63,604 bases of DNA from Clostridiaceae bacterium (GTDB taxonomy: Bacteria > Bacillota > Clostridia > Saccharofermentanales > Fastidiosipilaceae): contig JAAYOA010000032.1 of assembly GCA_012520525.1 (NCBI GenBank), positions 1-63,604 of the forward strand, in the 5' to 3' direction. A program made the translations under genes and the position numbers. The notes beneath the pieces are model-generated. The model did no database searches. It saw only the letters and a program-made list of their open reading frames with translations, and was not told the origin of the DNA. Shown here piece by piece: positions 51,779-60,663 of this stretch; the first letter of the stretch is position 1; every line of letters starts with the position of its first letter.

Positions 51779-53555
51779 TCTGTTCGCTCCGTTTCCAAGT
51801 CAGCTTAAAAGTTGCCACCCCATCTGTCAGACGTTGTTTGATCTCATCTGTAAGAACATCGACCTGACTAATCTCTAACCACAGTCCTGGTTGGGACTGA
51901 TAGAAATATTTCAATAAAGAGCGACAAAAATCACGCATATCTTCAACAGGAATTTCTTTAAATGCCTGTAAATTAGATAATGTCAATAAGATTAGCGAAG
52001 CTGTAGAGTCTCGCGACTCCTGAGGATCCTGACGCAAAATTTGATTGAGTCTTTGTCCCCTTTCGAGTTGTTGCTGTGTTTCTTCGTCTACATCAGATCC
52101 AAATTGGGCAAAGGACTGCTTCTCACGAAACTGTGCTAACGTCACCCGGAGTGGACCTGCTGTTTTGCGCATAGCTCTTGTCTGTGCATCTCCACCGACC
52201 CGGGACACCGAAAGACCAACATTGATTGCCGGACGCTGACCGGCAAAGAATAAGCTTGTTTCCAAATAAATCTGACCGTCGGTAATCGAAATAACATTAG
52301 TCGGTACATAGGCAGAAATATCGCCAGCCTGGGTTTCAACAATTGGTATAGCAGTGAGTGAGCCACCACCGAGTTTCTCATTCATCTGAGCCGCCCGTTC
52401 TAGCAGACGAGAATGGATGTAGAAAATATCACCCGGAAACGCTTCCCGTCCCGGCGGTCGCCGTAACAGCAATGAAATGGCTCGGTAGGCTTGAGCGTGG
52501 CGGGTAAGATCATCGTACACAATCAGTACATCATCACCTTGTCGCATAAAATACTCAGCCATGGCACAGCCTGCATATGGCGCAATATATTGCTGTCCAG
52601 CAGCATCAGACGCCCCTGCAACTACAACCGTAGTATAGACCATCGCGCCTTCCCGTTTGAGCAGTTCAATTATGCTTTTTACCGTTGATAACTTCTGACC
52701 GATAGCGACGTAGATACATTTAACATTTTGATCCTTTTGATGAATGATGGTATCAATCGCAATGGTTGTTTTGCCAGTCTGGCGGTCTCCAACAATTAAT
52801 TCCCGCTGACCGCGACCGATCGGAACCATTGCGTCAATAGCTGTGATACCCGTGTAGAGTGGGCGGTTAACTTTATCCCTATCGATGATGCGAGGAGCAG
52901 GAGATTCAATGGGAAAATGCTCCATATCATCAAAGTTAAGTGGCTCGCCGTCCAAAGGTCTCCCTAGGGGATCAACGACCCGACCAAGAAGTTCTGAACC
53001 ACAAGGCACACTCATTGTCTCTTTGGTGCGGTAGCAGATATCTCCAGCTTTAATCTCACTGCTTTCACAAAGCAGCATGACACCCACATAATCTTCTTGT
53101 AGATTCATGGCAATGCCATAGTTTTTATTATCAAATTGCAGCAACTCGTCATTCATGCAGTTAGGCAGCCCGTCAACTCTAGCAATGCCGTCGGCTACAC
53201 TGAGAACAGTGCCATACTCAGCAATTGTTGGCATGGCATAGTTTTGCCAGTCTTGAAGATCTCTTTTATGAAAAAGATCATCGCTCAGTCGACCCAATGT
53301 GGACTCTAGACTAAAGTCAAGGCGCACATCATCGATGATAACCACGTATCCCGCCAATAATTCGAGCTTTGTCTCAAACTCAATGTCTGCATTGGCGTGA
53401 GTTGCTTTTATTTCTGAAACGATACCTGCTTCTTCCGAAGGTGTCAGAGCGACGCCGCTTTGCCAAACAATAGGGAATTTCGCCTGAGGGTCCTTTTCTT
53501 TTAGGTGTTCAGCTACTGCAATCAGAACAGAGCGATCCATTTCTTTGTGATCCAT
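51762..53555 (-). CDS. atpA: F1 ATP synthase alpha subunit carrying a roughly 90-aa N-terminal delta(OSCP)-C-terminal-domain-like extension
   Basis: ATG at 53555, 9 nt after GGAGG and 5 nt after the atpF stop. Walker A GDRQTGKT. The canonical alpha N-terminus ([16 protein letters not shown]) is reached only at residue 115, against about 29 in typical alphas. Confidence 0.9.
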
Positions 53556-53559
53556 AAGA

Positions 53560-54249
53560 TTAGACCTCCTCGTTCTGTAATGTCTCCGCATGCTCTGTTT
53601 TGACCTCAGTCTGAGACTGTTTGACCAAATCAGACATGACCGCGGTCAGCTCAACCTCGTCACTGTGGTCGGCACCTTTTGTAACAGCATCACTTTTTTC
53701 AACCACATCAGGATTGACAGTTTTGACCGAACAGCCCCCGGCTATCATCTCTTCCGTTGTAGCACCCTCTGCAATTTGAGCGATAATATACTTTTTGACA
53801 GCAGCGACGGCAATTTTGACCGCCTCGTTATACACAAGCTCATCGAACTGAACACGGCGTCGTTCTGTTTCCTTTTTGCCGCGATCAATTATTCTACTTG
53901 CTTCTGCCTGAGCTTCTTCAATAATTGTTTGACGTTGCTGAGTGGCCTGTTTTTGAGCCGTAGCCAACAATTGACGCACTTTTTCCTGTGCTTCATCAGC
54001 CTGCATCTGTACTTGATGCTCTTTACTAGTCACAGCTTCCGTCATTTCTTTTACCTGATTTAACTGATCATCAATCTGATGTTGTCTTTTGTGAATGACA
54101 TTTAAAACAGGTTTATACAATAATTTTTTTAAGATGACCACGGTAATGATAAATCCGATGATTGTCACGATGGCTGTAGCTAAATAACCGGCTAAATTCT
54201 CCGGTGAAAAAACACCACCGCCTGCATCTGCCAGTATTGGAAAATACAT
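53560..54249 (-). CDS. atpF: Fo ATP synthase b subunit with a roughly 70-aa acidic C-terminal tail
   Basis: ATG at 54249, 7 nt after AAGGAG. One N-terminal TM helix, then a long charged helix (typical b subunit). 229 aa against about 160-170 typical. Confidence 0.85.
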   Translation of the reverse strand: MYFPILADAGGGVFSPENLAGYLATAIVTIIGFIITVVILKKLLYKPVLNVIHKRQHQIDDQLNQVKEMTEAVTSKEHQVQMQADEAQEKVRQLLATAQKQATQQRQTIIEEAQAEASRIIDRGKKETERRRVQFDELVYNEAVKIAVAAVKKYIIAQIAEGATTEEMIAGGCSVKTVNPDVVEKSDAVTKGADHSDEVELTAVMSDLVKQSQTEVKTEHAETLQNEEV

Positions 54250-54267
54250 AGATGGACTCCTTAGCAA

Positions 54268-54495
54268 TTAAAAAACGAATATCAACAGCAGAGAAACAAC
54301 TAAGGCGTAGATCGCACAGGCTTCAATAAACACGATGGCTACAAATAACAGCCCTTGAATACGTCCTGACATTTCTGGTTGTCTAGCCATTGCGTCAAAG
54401 GCCTTGCCCGCTGCAGTGCCAATACCCAAAGCTGCCAAACCAGCTGCGATCGCAATAGCGATACCCGCTCCAATTGCAATTAAACCATGATCCAT
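54268..54495 (-). CDS. atpE: Fo ATP synthase c subunit
   Basis: 75-aa hairpin. Gly-rich TM1 (GAGIAIAIAAGLAALGIG), loop ARQPE, and the carboxylate in TM2 (FIEACAIY). Confidence 0.9.
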   Translation of the reverse strand: MDHGLIAIGAGIAIAIAAGLAALGIGTAAGKAFDAMARQPEMSGRIQGLLFVAIVFIEACAIYALVVSLLLIFVF

Positions 54496-54548
54496 ATACA
54501 TGCCTTCTTTCTTAAATTTTGAGAAAAACAATCAAAAACCAATTATGA

Positions 54549-55397
54549 TCAGTGCATTGAAGCACTTCTATTCTTTTTAGTGCGGGCGCGGCGTTTAGCT
54601 TCCTTGCGTTGCGCCCTTTCTTTGGCAAGCTCCTCACTCTCAGCGGCCTTATGCACGATCTCACCAATGTAATTAATGCTCAGAAACATAAACACGATAC
54701 CCTGAATAATGCCGTCTCCGACATCAAACCATAACCCAAGGATCGAAGGGAAAATAAGTGGCACTACTAAAGAAACAAACTCCAACAAAATAAACGAACC
54801 GAACACATTCCCGAACAAACGAAATGTCAGCGATAGGGGCTTTATAATGTAGTCCAATAAATTAAATGGAATAAGTCCTGCCATAGGATGAACGAGGGAT
54901 CGTAAAAATCCCTTAATTCCGACGAGGCGGATGCCCATGACAATGACAAAGATGATCGTAAATAGAGCCAACGCGACCGGAAAAGCCGGTGACTTAGAAG
55001 CGGGTTGAATCCTCACAACTGCTAATAAATTAGACACTGAAATAAATAACCCAATCGTTAAAACCCAAGGTAACAATTTTTCCGCCTGGGGGTCGGACAT
55101 ACCTTGATTGCGGCATAAATTTAGAGTGCCATCGACCAAAAGCTCTGTAACTGCCTGCTTTTTACCAGGGCGAACAGCCATTTTACGCGTAAAAATAGCA
55201 GCTAAAATAGCTAGTACAATGACGCTGATCACAATATTGATCATGGCACTGGTGATCGGTATATCTAATGGTCCAATATGAATATGATAAATAGGGGCTA
55301 AATTGATTGCTTCCTTTATGCCCTCTGAAATATTGCGGTTGCCGATTCGAATTGAATCCCACAACTCTTGTAAAAATAATGAGAAGAAGCTCTGCAT
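54549..55397 (-). CDS. atpB: Fo ATP synthase a subunit
   Basis: Polytopic. The conserved Arg context LSLTFRLFGN(V)F(G). First gene of the operon. Confidence 0.9.
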   Translation of the reverse strand: MQSFFSLFLQELWDSIRIGNRNISEGIKEAINLAPIYHIHIGPLDIPITSAMINIVISVIVLAILAAIFTRKMAVRPGKKQAVTELLVDGTLNLCRNQGMSDPQAEKLLPWVLTIGLFISVSNLLAVVRIQPASKSPAFPVALALFTIIFVIVMGIRLVGIKGFLRSLVHPMAGLIPFNLLDYIIKPLSLTFRLFGNVFGSFILLEFVSLVVPLIFPSILGLWFDVGDGIIQGIVFMFLSINYIGEIVHKAAESEELAKERAQRKEAKRRARTKKNRSASMH

Positions 55398-55524
55398 CGA
55401 CCCATCAACTCACTTTCAATATGGGTGCGCTGTTGATGGTGGGCAGAAGTCTCGCCAAACAAGGCGCATCAAATTTATTTTCTGCGCTCAGCGGAAATAG
55501 CTTTCCGGCTGTCGCACACACAAT

Positions 55525-55553
55525 ATTATCAGACGATAAGTTTTATTTGTCAA
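55525..55553 (-). promoter_or_regulatory. candidate sigma-A promoter of the atp operon
   Basis: The minus strand reads TTGACA-17 nt-GATAAT, about 125 nt upstream of the atpB start. Confidence 0.55.
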
Positions 55554-55613
55554 ATGGGGCATTTCCTTACAGATCTTACACATGAAAAAGAATGGTTAAT
55601 TTTTAATGATTTT

Positions 55614-56318
55614 TTAAATATGAAACCGTTTTTTACTCTCATGGACAAAGAGACGACCGTTAAAAATGAGCACCGCAGCTAAAAAAATAACAGAAGTAGC
55701 TACACAAATTGCCGCTGGGATGATCATTTGTACCCAATTGAAGAAAATAAATACCAAAGGTATTAATCCCAACAGAGCCCCTGTGATCATGTAAATGGTA
55801 AAATTTCCTTTGCCCAACTTAGTAATCCTGACCAAAACCGCCATTGTAATCAAGGCAGCAAAACATAGTATGGGAATAAGATACTCTATGGACCAGTAAT
55901 GCCACCCCGTCAGCCAATCGATGAGCAGACCGACCAATGAAAGCAATATTAAATGCCAGATAATGGTCTTGCCAATATTGTAACGTTTTCTTAAAATTGT
56001 CCAGATCGAAAGCCACATACTGCCGGCACCGATCACCACAAATAATGGCCAATTGATGGCACTGCCAACTAGCCAGTAAATTAAATACGAAATAACAATG
56101 GACGCAATGGAAATAATTGACAAAATCCGGATCGCTATATGTCGTTCATCCACGACTTCAACATAGGGAAAGACATCTTCGCAGAGCACTTCCTCGGTAA
56201 TCACTGTGGCCAGATCCATGCCTTCACAATCGACTTCCGGTATGGGATTGTGGCACAGAGGACAAACATCATCACTGCCGCGAATCGTAACTCTACAGTG
56301 ATTGCAGTAGGACAACAT
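55614..56318 (-). CDS. zinc-ribbon + polytopic membrane protein (possibly the family I recall as DUF6320; unverified)
   Basis: N-terminal CNHC...CPLCHN, then about 5-6 TM helices. ATG lies 7 nt after GGAGG and 11 nt after the upstream stop. Confidence 0.6.
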   Translation of the reverse strand: MLSYCNHCRVTIRGSDDVCPLCHNPIPEVDCEGMDLATVITEEVLCEDVFPYVEVVDERHIAIRILSIISIASIVISYLIYWLVGSAINWPLFVVIGAGSMWLSIWTILRKRYNIGKTIIWHLILLSLVGLLIDWLTGWHYWSIEYLIPILCFAALITMAVLVRITKLGKGNFTIYMITGALLGLIPLVFIFFNWVQMIIPAAICVATSVIFLAAVLIFNGRLFVHESKKRFHI

Positions 56319-56329
56319 TAACTAACCTC

Positions 56330-58828
56330 CTATTTTGTGTTCGTATTCTCTAATTTAGTTTTTTGGTCTGTAGCCGCACGCACCATATCATCTGCAATAC
56401 TTGCTTCGACCAACTGTAAAGCCACGTGGTCTGGTTTACGATTTATATTTGAAGCAATTGTCACGTCAACGCCAAGCTTTGTCATAAAGCTGAAAAAGTG
56501 CCGTTGAATTTCGGTCTCTATATATGGTGATGTAAAAGTGATGACCATGCGGTCACCATAGGATAACACACAAAGCTGGGGACGCCGTACGCTGGTACAG
56601 ACACCGAATTGATACACTTTTTTCGATAGGGGATTGGGAATTTCCATACGACCTAAATTTGACACAGCCGTGGTCACTTTGCGGTCATTGATCCGGTGGG
56701 CGAGGCGCAAAATCCAATCTTTGATCATAACAGGCAATAGCCGGATCACCGCATTTTTTTCTAACTTCATCTGTCTCTGGAGGATTTTTTCTAAATAATC
56801 CTTGGATAGTTTTTTATCAAACTGCAATTTGATTTCTTCCAGCAAATTTTCAAAGACTGGTACATCCCGCCAATGATAGGAAATTTTTATGGTGTAAAAG
56901 AAATTTCGCGTGGTTCGGGAGGGAAAGCGCTGGCGCAAATCAACGGGGACAGCGACTACAATGGGATGTCGACTGACACCCTTAGGAATATCCATGCCAA
57001 TCGAATAGATAATCAGAGCAGTCATAAATACGGTTAAACTCACATCATAACGTCTAATCTGTTCCTTAAGAGCCTCGACGGACAAAACACCTTCAATAAC
57101 GACATATTGATTTCCTTCTGTGCGATTACCTCGGATATGATACGCTATTTTTTCGCCGGATAATTCTCGCTTTATTTTGCGTTTTTGCATGCGCTCGAAT
57201 TTATGCGGACGGCGTATACCAGAATATTGGCGGATGCGGGCTTGTTTTGGGGACGCCTTAACTTGACTGTCAGGTTGCTCCGCTAAATATAAAGACGGTT
57301 CATCAGTTCCATTAGCATCAGTGATCATTTCTGGATTTGCACTGCCTTCATTTTGATCTGCAACTACAGTGGCTGATTCTAGATCTTGCGATGCAGTCTC
57401 TTCGGTCTCTGTACGTTCTGTTTCTTCAGGCTCTGCTGTATCACTGGTATCGGTCTCTGTATGCCCTGTTTCTTCAGGCTCTGCTGTATCACTGGCATCG
57501 GTCTCTGCACGCTCTGTTTCTTCAGGCTCTGCTGTATCACTGGCATCGGTCTCTGTACGTTCTGTTTCTGCAGGCTCTGCTATATCACTGGCATCGGTCT
57601 CTGCACGTTCTATTGCTTCAGGCTCTGCTATATCACTGGCATCGGTCTCATCACGTTCTATTGCTTCAGGCTCAGCTGCATCACTGGCATCGGTCTCTGT
57701 ACGCTCTGTTTCTTCTTCAGGCTCTGCTGTATCACTAGCGCCATCCTTAGAGCATTCTATATCCTCTGATTCCACCTGAACTAACGATTTCATTGCCTGG
57801 ATCTGATCATCATTATTCTCTGTCGCAATCAAATCTAATCGCTTAGCGGTCATTTTAAAATGGCAACCAGTTTCAGCTTCAGCTGGCTCAAGACCCAGTT
57901 CGCTATATGTCTCATCCGAAGAGATCCGAGGAGGGATTGTAACATTGGTCTCCTTTGCCATACCTTGGATGACATCTTCCTCGATTTTTACATCCTCTTC
58001 TTTGTCTTCCTCGACGGAACCTTTAGCCTCAAACTTTGCTCGTTCAAGCCATACCGAAGGCAGCTTGAGTAATTTCCACGGACCTTCACTCAAATTAGCA
58101 CGTCGGGTAAAGTTGTCACGTGCATCTACCTTTGTATCATCTTCTATTCTTTCTTTAGTGGCATGATACACTTTAGATTGAGCTGTAGCATCTAATCCAT
58201 ATTGCAGGGCAGCATGACCACGCACATCTGCCCTGTCCGGTAAATGTTGTGCATATTCGGCATTTTTATCGACCGTGTTTTTTTGAAAAAAATGCCGGTA
58301 GCTGTCAGCCATCTTTTCAGCCACAGAACCTGTCAAGGGCGGTGCAATACGTAATTTCTGAAATGCTGGATAGTGTAACAGCAGGTAATAATGTATCAAA
58401 ACTTGCACAAAAAGCATGCCTCCCACACCATCTGTCAAGGCATGGAAGAATTCGACATGCAGACGACGCTTATAAAATAAAACTCGAATTAGGGGGCGAT
58501 CTCTCTCGGGTAAATACAATGGAGCACAGACACGGGTTGTTTCCGGTTCGACTGCAATTTCCACATCGCTAGCTTCGAGGTAATACCAAAATATCCCTCG
58601 TTTTAAAACTGAACGATAGTATGGAAAGTGCTTCAGTGCTTGATCCAAGGCTTCCTGTAATAATGAAGGCACAATCTCGTCATGTAATTCCGCAGTTATG
58701 CGAAACACCTTCGTATCACTTTGATTACAGACAGCCGGGAATAATTTAGACGCATTGTCCAACAGCACCCACGCTTTTTTCCCTCTGTTTCTCAATTTTT
58801 TGCTCCCATCCAAAATTATCGTCCTCAC
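56330..58828 (-). CDS. HxxxDG acyltransferase (condensation / WS-DGAT / alcohol-acetyltransferase-like superfamily) interrupted by a roughly 365-aa acidic low-complexity insertion
   Basis: The N-terminal block W.LLDNASKLFPA...FFHALTDGVGG carries the catalytic HxxxDG. The C-terminal half resumes about residue 560. The start is uncertain: the track start at 58828 is a GTG, and the TTG at 58813 sits 9 nt after GAGG. Overlaps the esterase 3' end. Confidence 0.7.
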   Translation of the reverse strand: MRTIILDGSKKLRNRGKKAWVLLDNASKLFPAVCNQSDTKVFRITAELHDEIVPSLLQEALDQALKHFPYYRSVLKRGIFWYYLEASDVEIAVEPETTRVCAPLYLPERDRPLIRVLFYKRRLHVEFFHALTDGVGGMLFVQVLIHYYLLLHYPAFQKLRIAPPLTGSVAEKMADSYRHFFQKNTVDKNAEYAQHLPDRADVRGHAALQYGLDATAQSKVYHATKERIEDDTKVDARDNFTRRANLSEGPWKLLKLPSVWLERAKFEAKGSVEEDKEEDVKIEEDVIQGMAKETNVTIPPRISSDETYSELGLEPAEAETGCHFKMTAKRLDLIATENNDDQIQAMKSLVQVESEDIECSKDGASDTAEPEEETERTETDASDAAEPEAIERDETDASDIAEPEAIERAETDASDIAEPAETERTETDASDTAEPEETERAETDASDTAEPEETGHTETDTSDTAEPEETERTETEETASQDLESATVVADQNEGSANPEMITDANGTDEPSLYLAEQPDSQVKASPKQARIRQYSGIRRPHKFERMQKRKIKRELSGEKIAYHIRGNRTEGNQYVVIEGVLSVEALKEQIRRYDVSLTVFMTALIIYSIGMDIPKGVSRHPIVVAVPVDLRQRFPSRTTRNFFYTIKISYHWRDVPVFENLLEEIKLQFDKKLSKDYLEKILQRQMKLEKNAVIRLLPVMIKDWILRLAHRINDRKVTTAVSNLGRMEIPNPLSKKVYQFGVCTSVRRPQLCVLSYGDRMVITFTSPYIETEIQRHFFSFMTKLGVDVTIASNINRKPDHVALQLVEASIADDMVRAATDQKTKLENTNTK
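57402..57740. repeat. 7 tandem copies of a 48-bp unit (last copy 51 bp), in frame, encoding a 16-aa acidic repeat ETDASD(T/I/A)AEPE(E/A)(T/I)ER(T/A)
   Basis: Copies start at 57402, 57450, 57498, 57546, 57594, 57642 and 57690. The unit is TCGGTCTCTGTACGTTCTGTTTCTTCAGGCTCTGCTGTATCACTGGCA, with a few substitutions per copy. Confidence 0.95.
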
Positions 58829-59747
58829 CCGATTGATCTGTCGAGTCGAGAAATCGATTTATTATTGAATAACATTTTACTACAGATTCATGTCTTCTCG
58901 GAAAAGAAATAAATCCATGGACAGCGTTCTCAATACAAACATATTTGCACTTATTGCCTGCCGCTGCGACTTTTTTTGAAAAAGCCTCACCCTCGTCCCG
59001 CAGCACATCATACTCCGCTGTTATAACCAACGTATCTGGCAGGTTGGTAAAATCTGTGGCTAACAGAGGCGCTACATAGGGATTTTGTGGATTTTTCCCG
59101 TCAAGATAAAGGGTCAAATAATCATCGACAGCCTTGGCCGTAAGGACATAATCTCCGTCATTCTCTCGCACTGAACGAAAGGGCGAGCGTTCGCTGTGAT
59201 CATACCAGGTCACCGGATACAGTAAAATCTGTTTTTGTGGCACCTTCATTCCTCGATCGCGAGCATAAAGAGATAACGCTGCCGCTAAATTAGCCCCCGC
59301 ACTGTCGCCAATTAAAACAAGATCTCGCCAACCTTTCTTGTTTCGGCTGTAGCGTCGCTGCAACGCCAGCCAAACTTGGTAACAGTCTTCCAATCCCGCT
59401 GGGAAGGGGTGTTCAGGCGCCAGGCGATAATCCACCGATATGACATTGCGACACGTTTCGTCAGCCAAGGTGCGACATACCGATGTATAGGTGTCGATAT
59501 CCCCTGTTACAAAACCGCCTCCATGGAAAAATAATAATGTTTCAGGACCAGGCAAACCTTCCGAAGGCGCAAACATCCGCAGAGAAATTTTTCGGTCGGC
59601 GACAAAAAGGCAGTAATCGACAAAGGGGCTGCTCACTACTGGAACAGAAAAAAGGCGCTTCAAGCGCCGCATTAACCGGTAGTCTCGGCGAACATCTGGG
59701 CGCAGACGTGAAACAATTTTATAGAAAAGACGTTTAACTTTGTTCAT
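58746..59747 (-). CDS. alpha/beta hydrolase, hormone-sensitive-lipase (family IV) type esterase
   Basis: Oxyanion HGGGF, nucleophile elbow GDSAGANLA, C-terminal HGF. Start chosen at the ATG at 59747 ([10 protein letters not shown]), which overlaps the SDR stop by 14 nt. Confidence 0.85.
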   Translation of the reverse strand: MNKVKRLFYKIVSRLRPDVRRDYRLMRRLKRLFSVPVVSSPFVDYCLFVADRKISLRMFAPSEGLPGPETLLFFHGGGFVTGDIDTYTSVCRTLADETCRNVISVDYRLAPEHPFPAGLEDCYQVWLALQRRYSRNKKGWRDLVLIGDSAGANLAAALSLYARDRGMKVPQKQILLYPVTWYDHSERSPFRSVRENDGDYVLTAKAVDDYLTLYLDGKNPQNPYVAPLLATDFTNLPDTLVITAEYDVLRDEGEAFSKKVAAAGNKCKYVCIENAVHGFISFPRRHESVVKCYSIINRFLDSTDQSGEDDNFGWEQKIEKQREKSVGAVGQCV

Positions 59748-60663
59748 CGATGCCCTTACGCGCCTCCATTTCCTGAGAAGGATTTTGTTTGACCAATTTA
59801 CTTTGAATGCCTGCCACAATTTTTGCTAAAAATTGTGGTGGCAATAATTTAGAGCCACGGATCAACCAGCGATTCATAAGCCCCGGAACGATCAAACGGC
59901 GTTTTTTGAGAAAACGAGGCAGCGCATAGTCAGCTACTTGTTCAGGAGTGAGGGCACCTTTGACATCGGCTTTACCGGCTCGGCGGGAAAAGTCACTGGC
60001 CACTGCTCCAGGACACAGGATTGACACCCCTACGCCTTTCCCTTTTAGCTCATAAGCGAGGGCTTCGGAAAAGGATTGCACATAAGCCTTTGTAGCATAA
60101 TAGACAGCGGTGTAAGGTCCCGGCTGAAAGGCACCTGAAGAGGAAACCTGCAAAATTTGACCGCCTGTAGATATTAAATCAGGTATAAAGAGGCGCACTA
60201 ATAGGGTATGACTCACTACCCCCAGTTCAATTACAGAACGGATAACCGCCGGATCATTATCCTCGAACAAACCTACCACACCAGCTCCTGCATTATTGAT
60301 CAAACTAGTAACCCGAACATTTAAAGATTTGACTGCTGCAAAAAGTTTCTCTGGACCATCTTTTTTAGCTAAATCCAAAGGAATCAGCTCTATATTCTCC
60401 ACCCCTAAAGCAAGCAAATCATCCTTCACTTGGGTGAGGCGCTCCAGAGATCTAGCAGTTAGAATCAATGTCGTATGGGGTTGATGTCGACCATACCAGA
60501 GAGCCATGGCACGTCCTATGCCGGATGACGCTCCAGTTATCAACACAGCCTTGTCTTCTCTATGAATATTCTGAAAATCCGTCACGTTCCGGTCACTTCC
60601 TTTGCTGCAATTTGTTATTATCAAAGCAAATAAGAATTTGCTAAGAAAGGTGGATATCCCCAA
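59734..60663 (-). CDS. classical short-chain dehydrogenase/reductase
   Basis: [14 protein letters not shown], and the catalytic YYATKAYV (YxxxK). The track start at 60663 abuts the msrAB ATG, so the real start is probably downstream (for example the GTG at 60585 after AAGGAAG). Confidence 0.85.
   Translation of the reverse strand: MGISTFLSKFLFALIITNCSKGSDRNVTDFQNIHREDKAVLITGASSGIGRAMALWYGRHQPHTTLILTARSLERLTQVKDDLLALGVENIELIPLDLAKKDGPEKLFAAVKSLNVRVTSLINNAGAGVVGLFEDNDPAVIRSVIELGVVSHTLLVRLFIPDLISTGGQILQVSSSGAFQPGPYTAVYYATKAYVQSFSEALAYELKGKGVGVSILCPGAVASDFSRRAGKADVKGALTPEQVADYALPRFLKKRRLIVPGLMNRWLIRGSKLLPPQFLAKIVAGIQSKLVKQNPSQEMEARKGIDEQS

Noticed and set aside
54268-54495. Possible Na+-specific c subunit
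   Set aside because: TM2 reads FIEACAIY. The Ser/Thr next to the Glu and the TM1 Gln typical of Na+-binding c rings are not evident, so it is most likely H+-coupled.
55398-55613. Expected atpI/atpZ gene or other ORF upstream of atpB
   Set aside because: No ORF of useful length exists on either strand (the only one is a 17-codon ORF without an RBS). The region is better explained as promoter plus leader.
57402-57740. Possible CRISPR array, suggested by regularly spaced repeats
   Set aside because: The repeats are directly contiguous (period 48 bp, no unique spacers). They are in frame within a long ORF and encode an acidic peptide repeat. No cas genes are present in the window.
57337-57779. 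Three overlapping plus-strand ORFs (133, 136 and 127 aa) with striking repetitive Leu/Cys/Ser-rich translations
   Set aside because: They are antisense or other-frame shadows of the 48-bp tandem repeat inside the minus-strand acyltransferase gene. They have no RBS, and all three frames are open only because the repeat lacks stop codons.
58746-58828. Possible programmed frameshift fusing the esterase to the acyltransferase (an 83-nt overlap containing two A6 runs on the coding strand)
   Set aside because: A +1/-2 shift would be needed. There is no recognisable slippery-site-plus-structure signal. Alternative TTG/GTG starts with a GAGG RBS explain the overlap as ordinary translational coupling.
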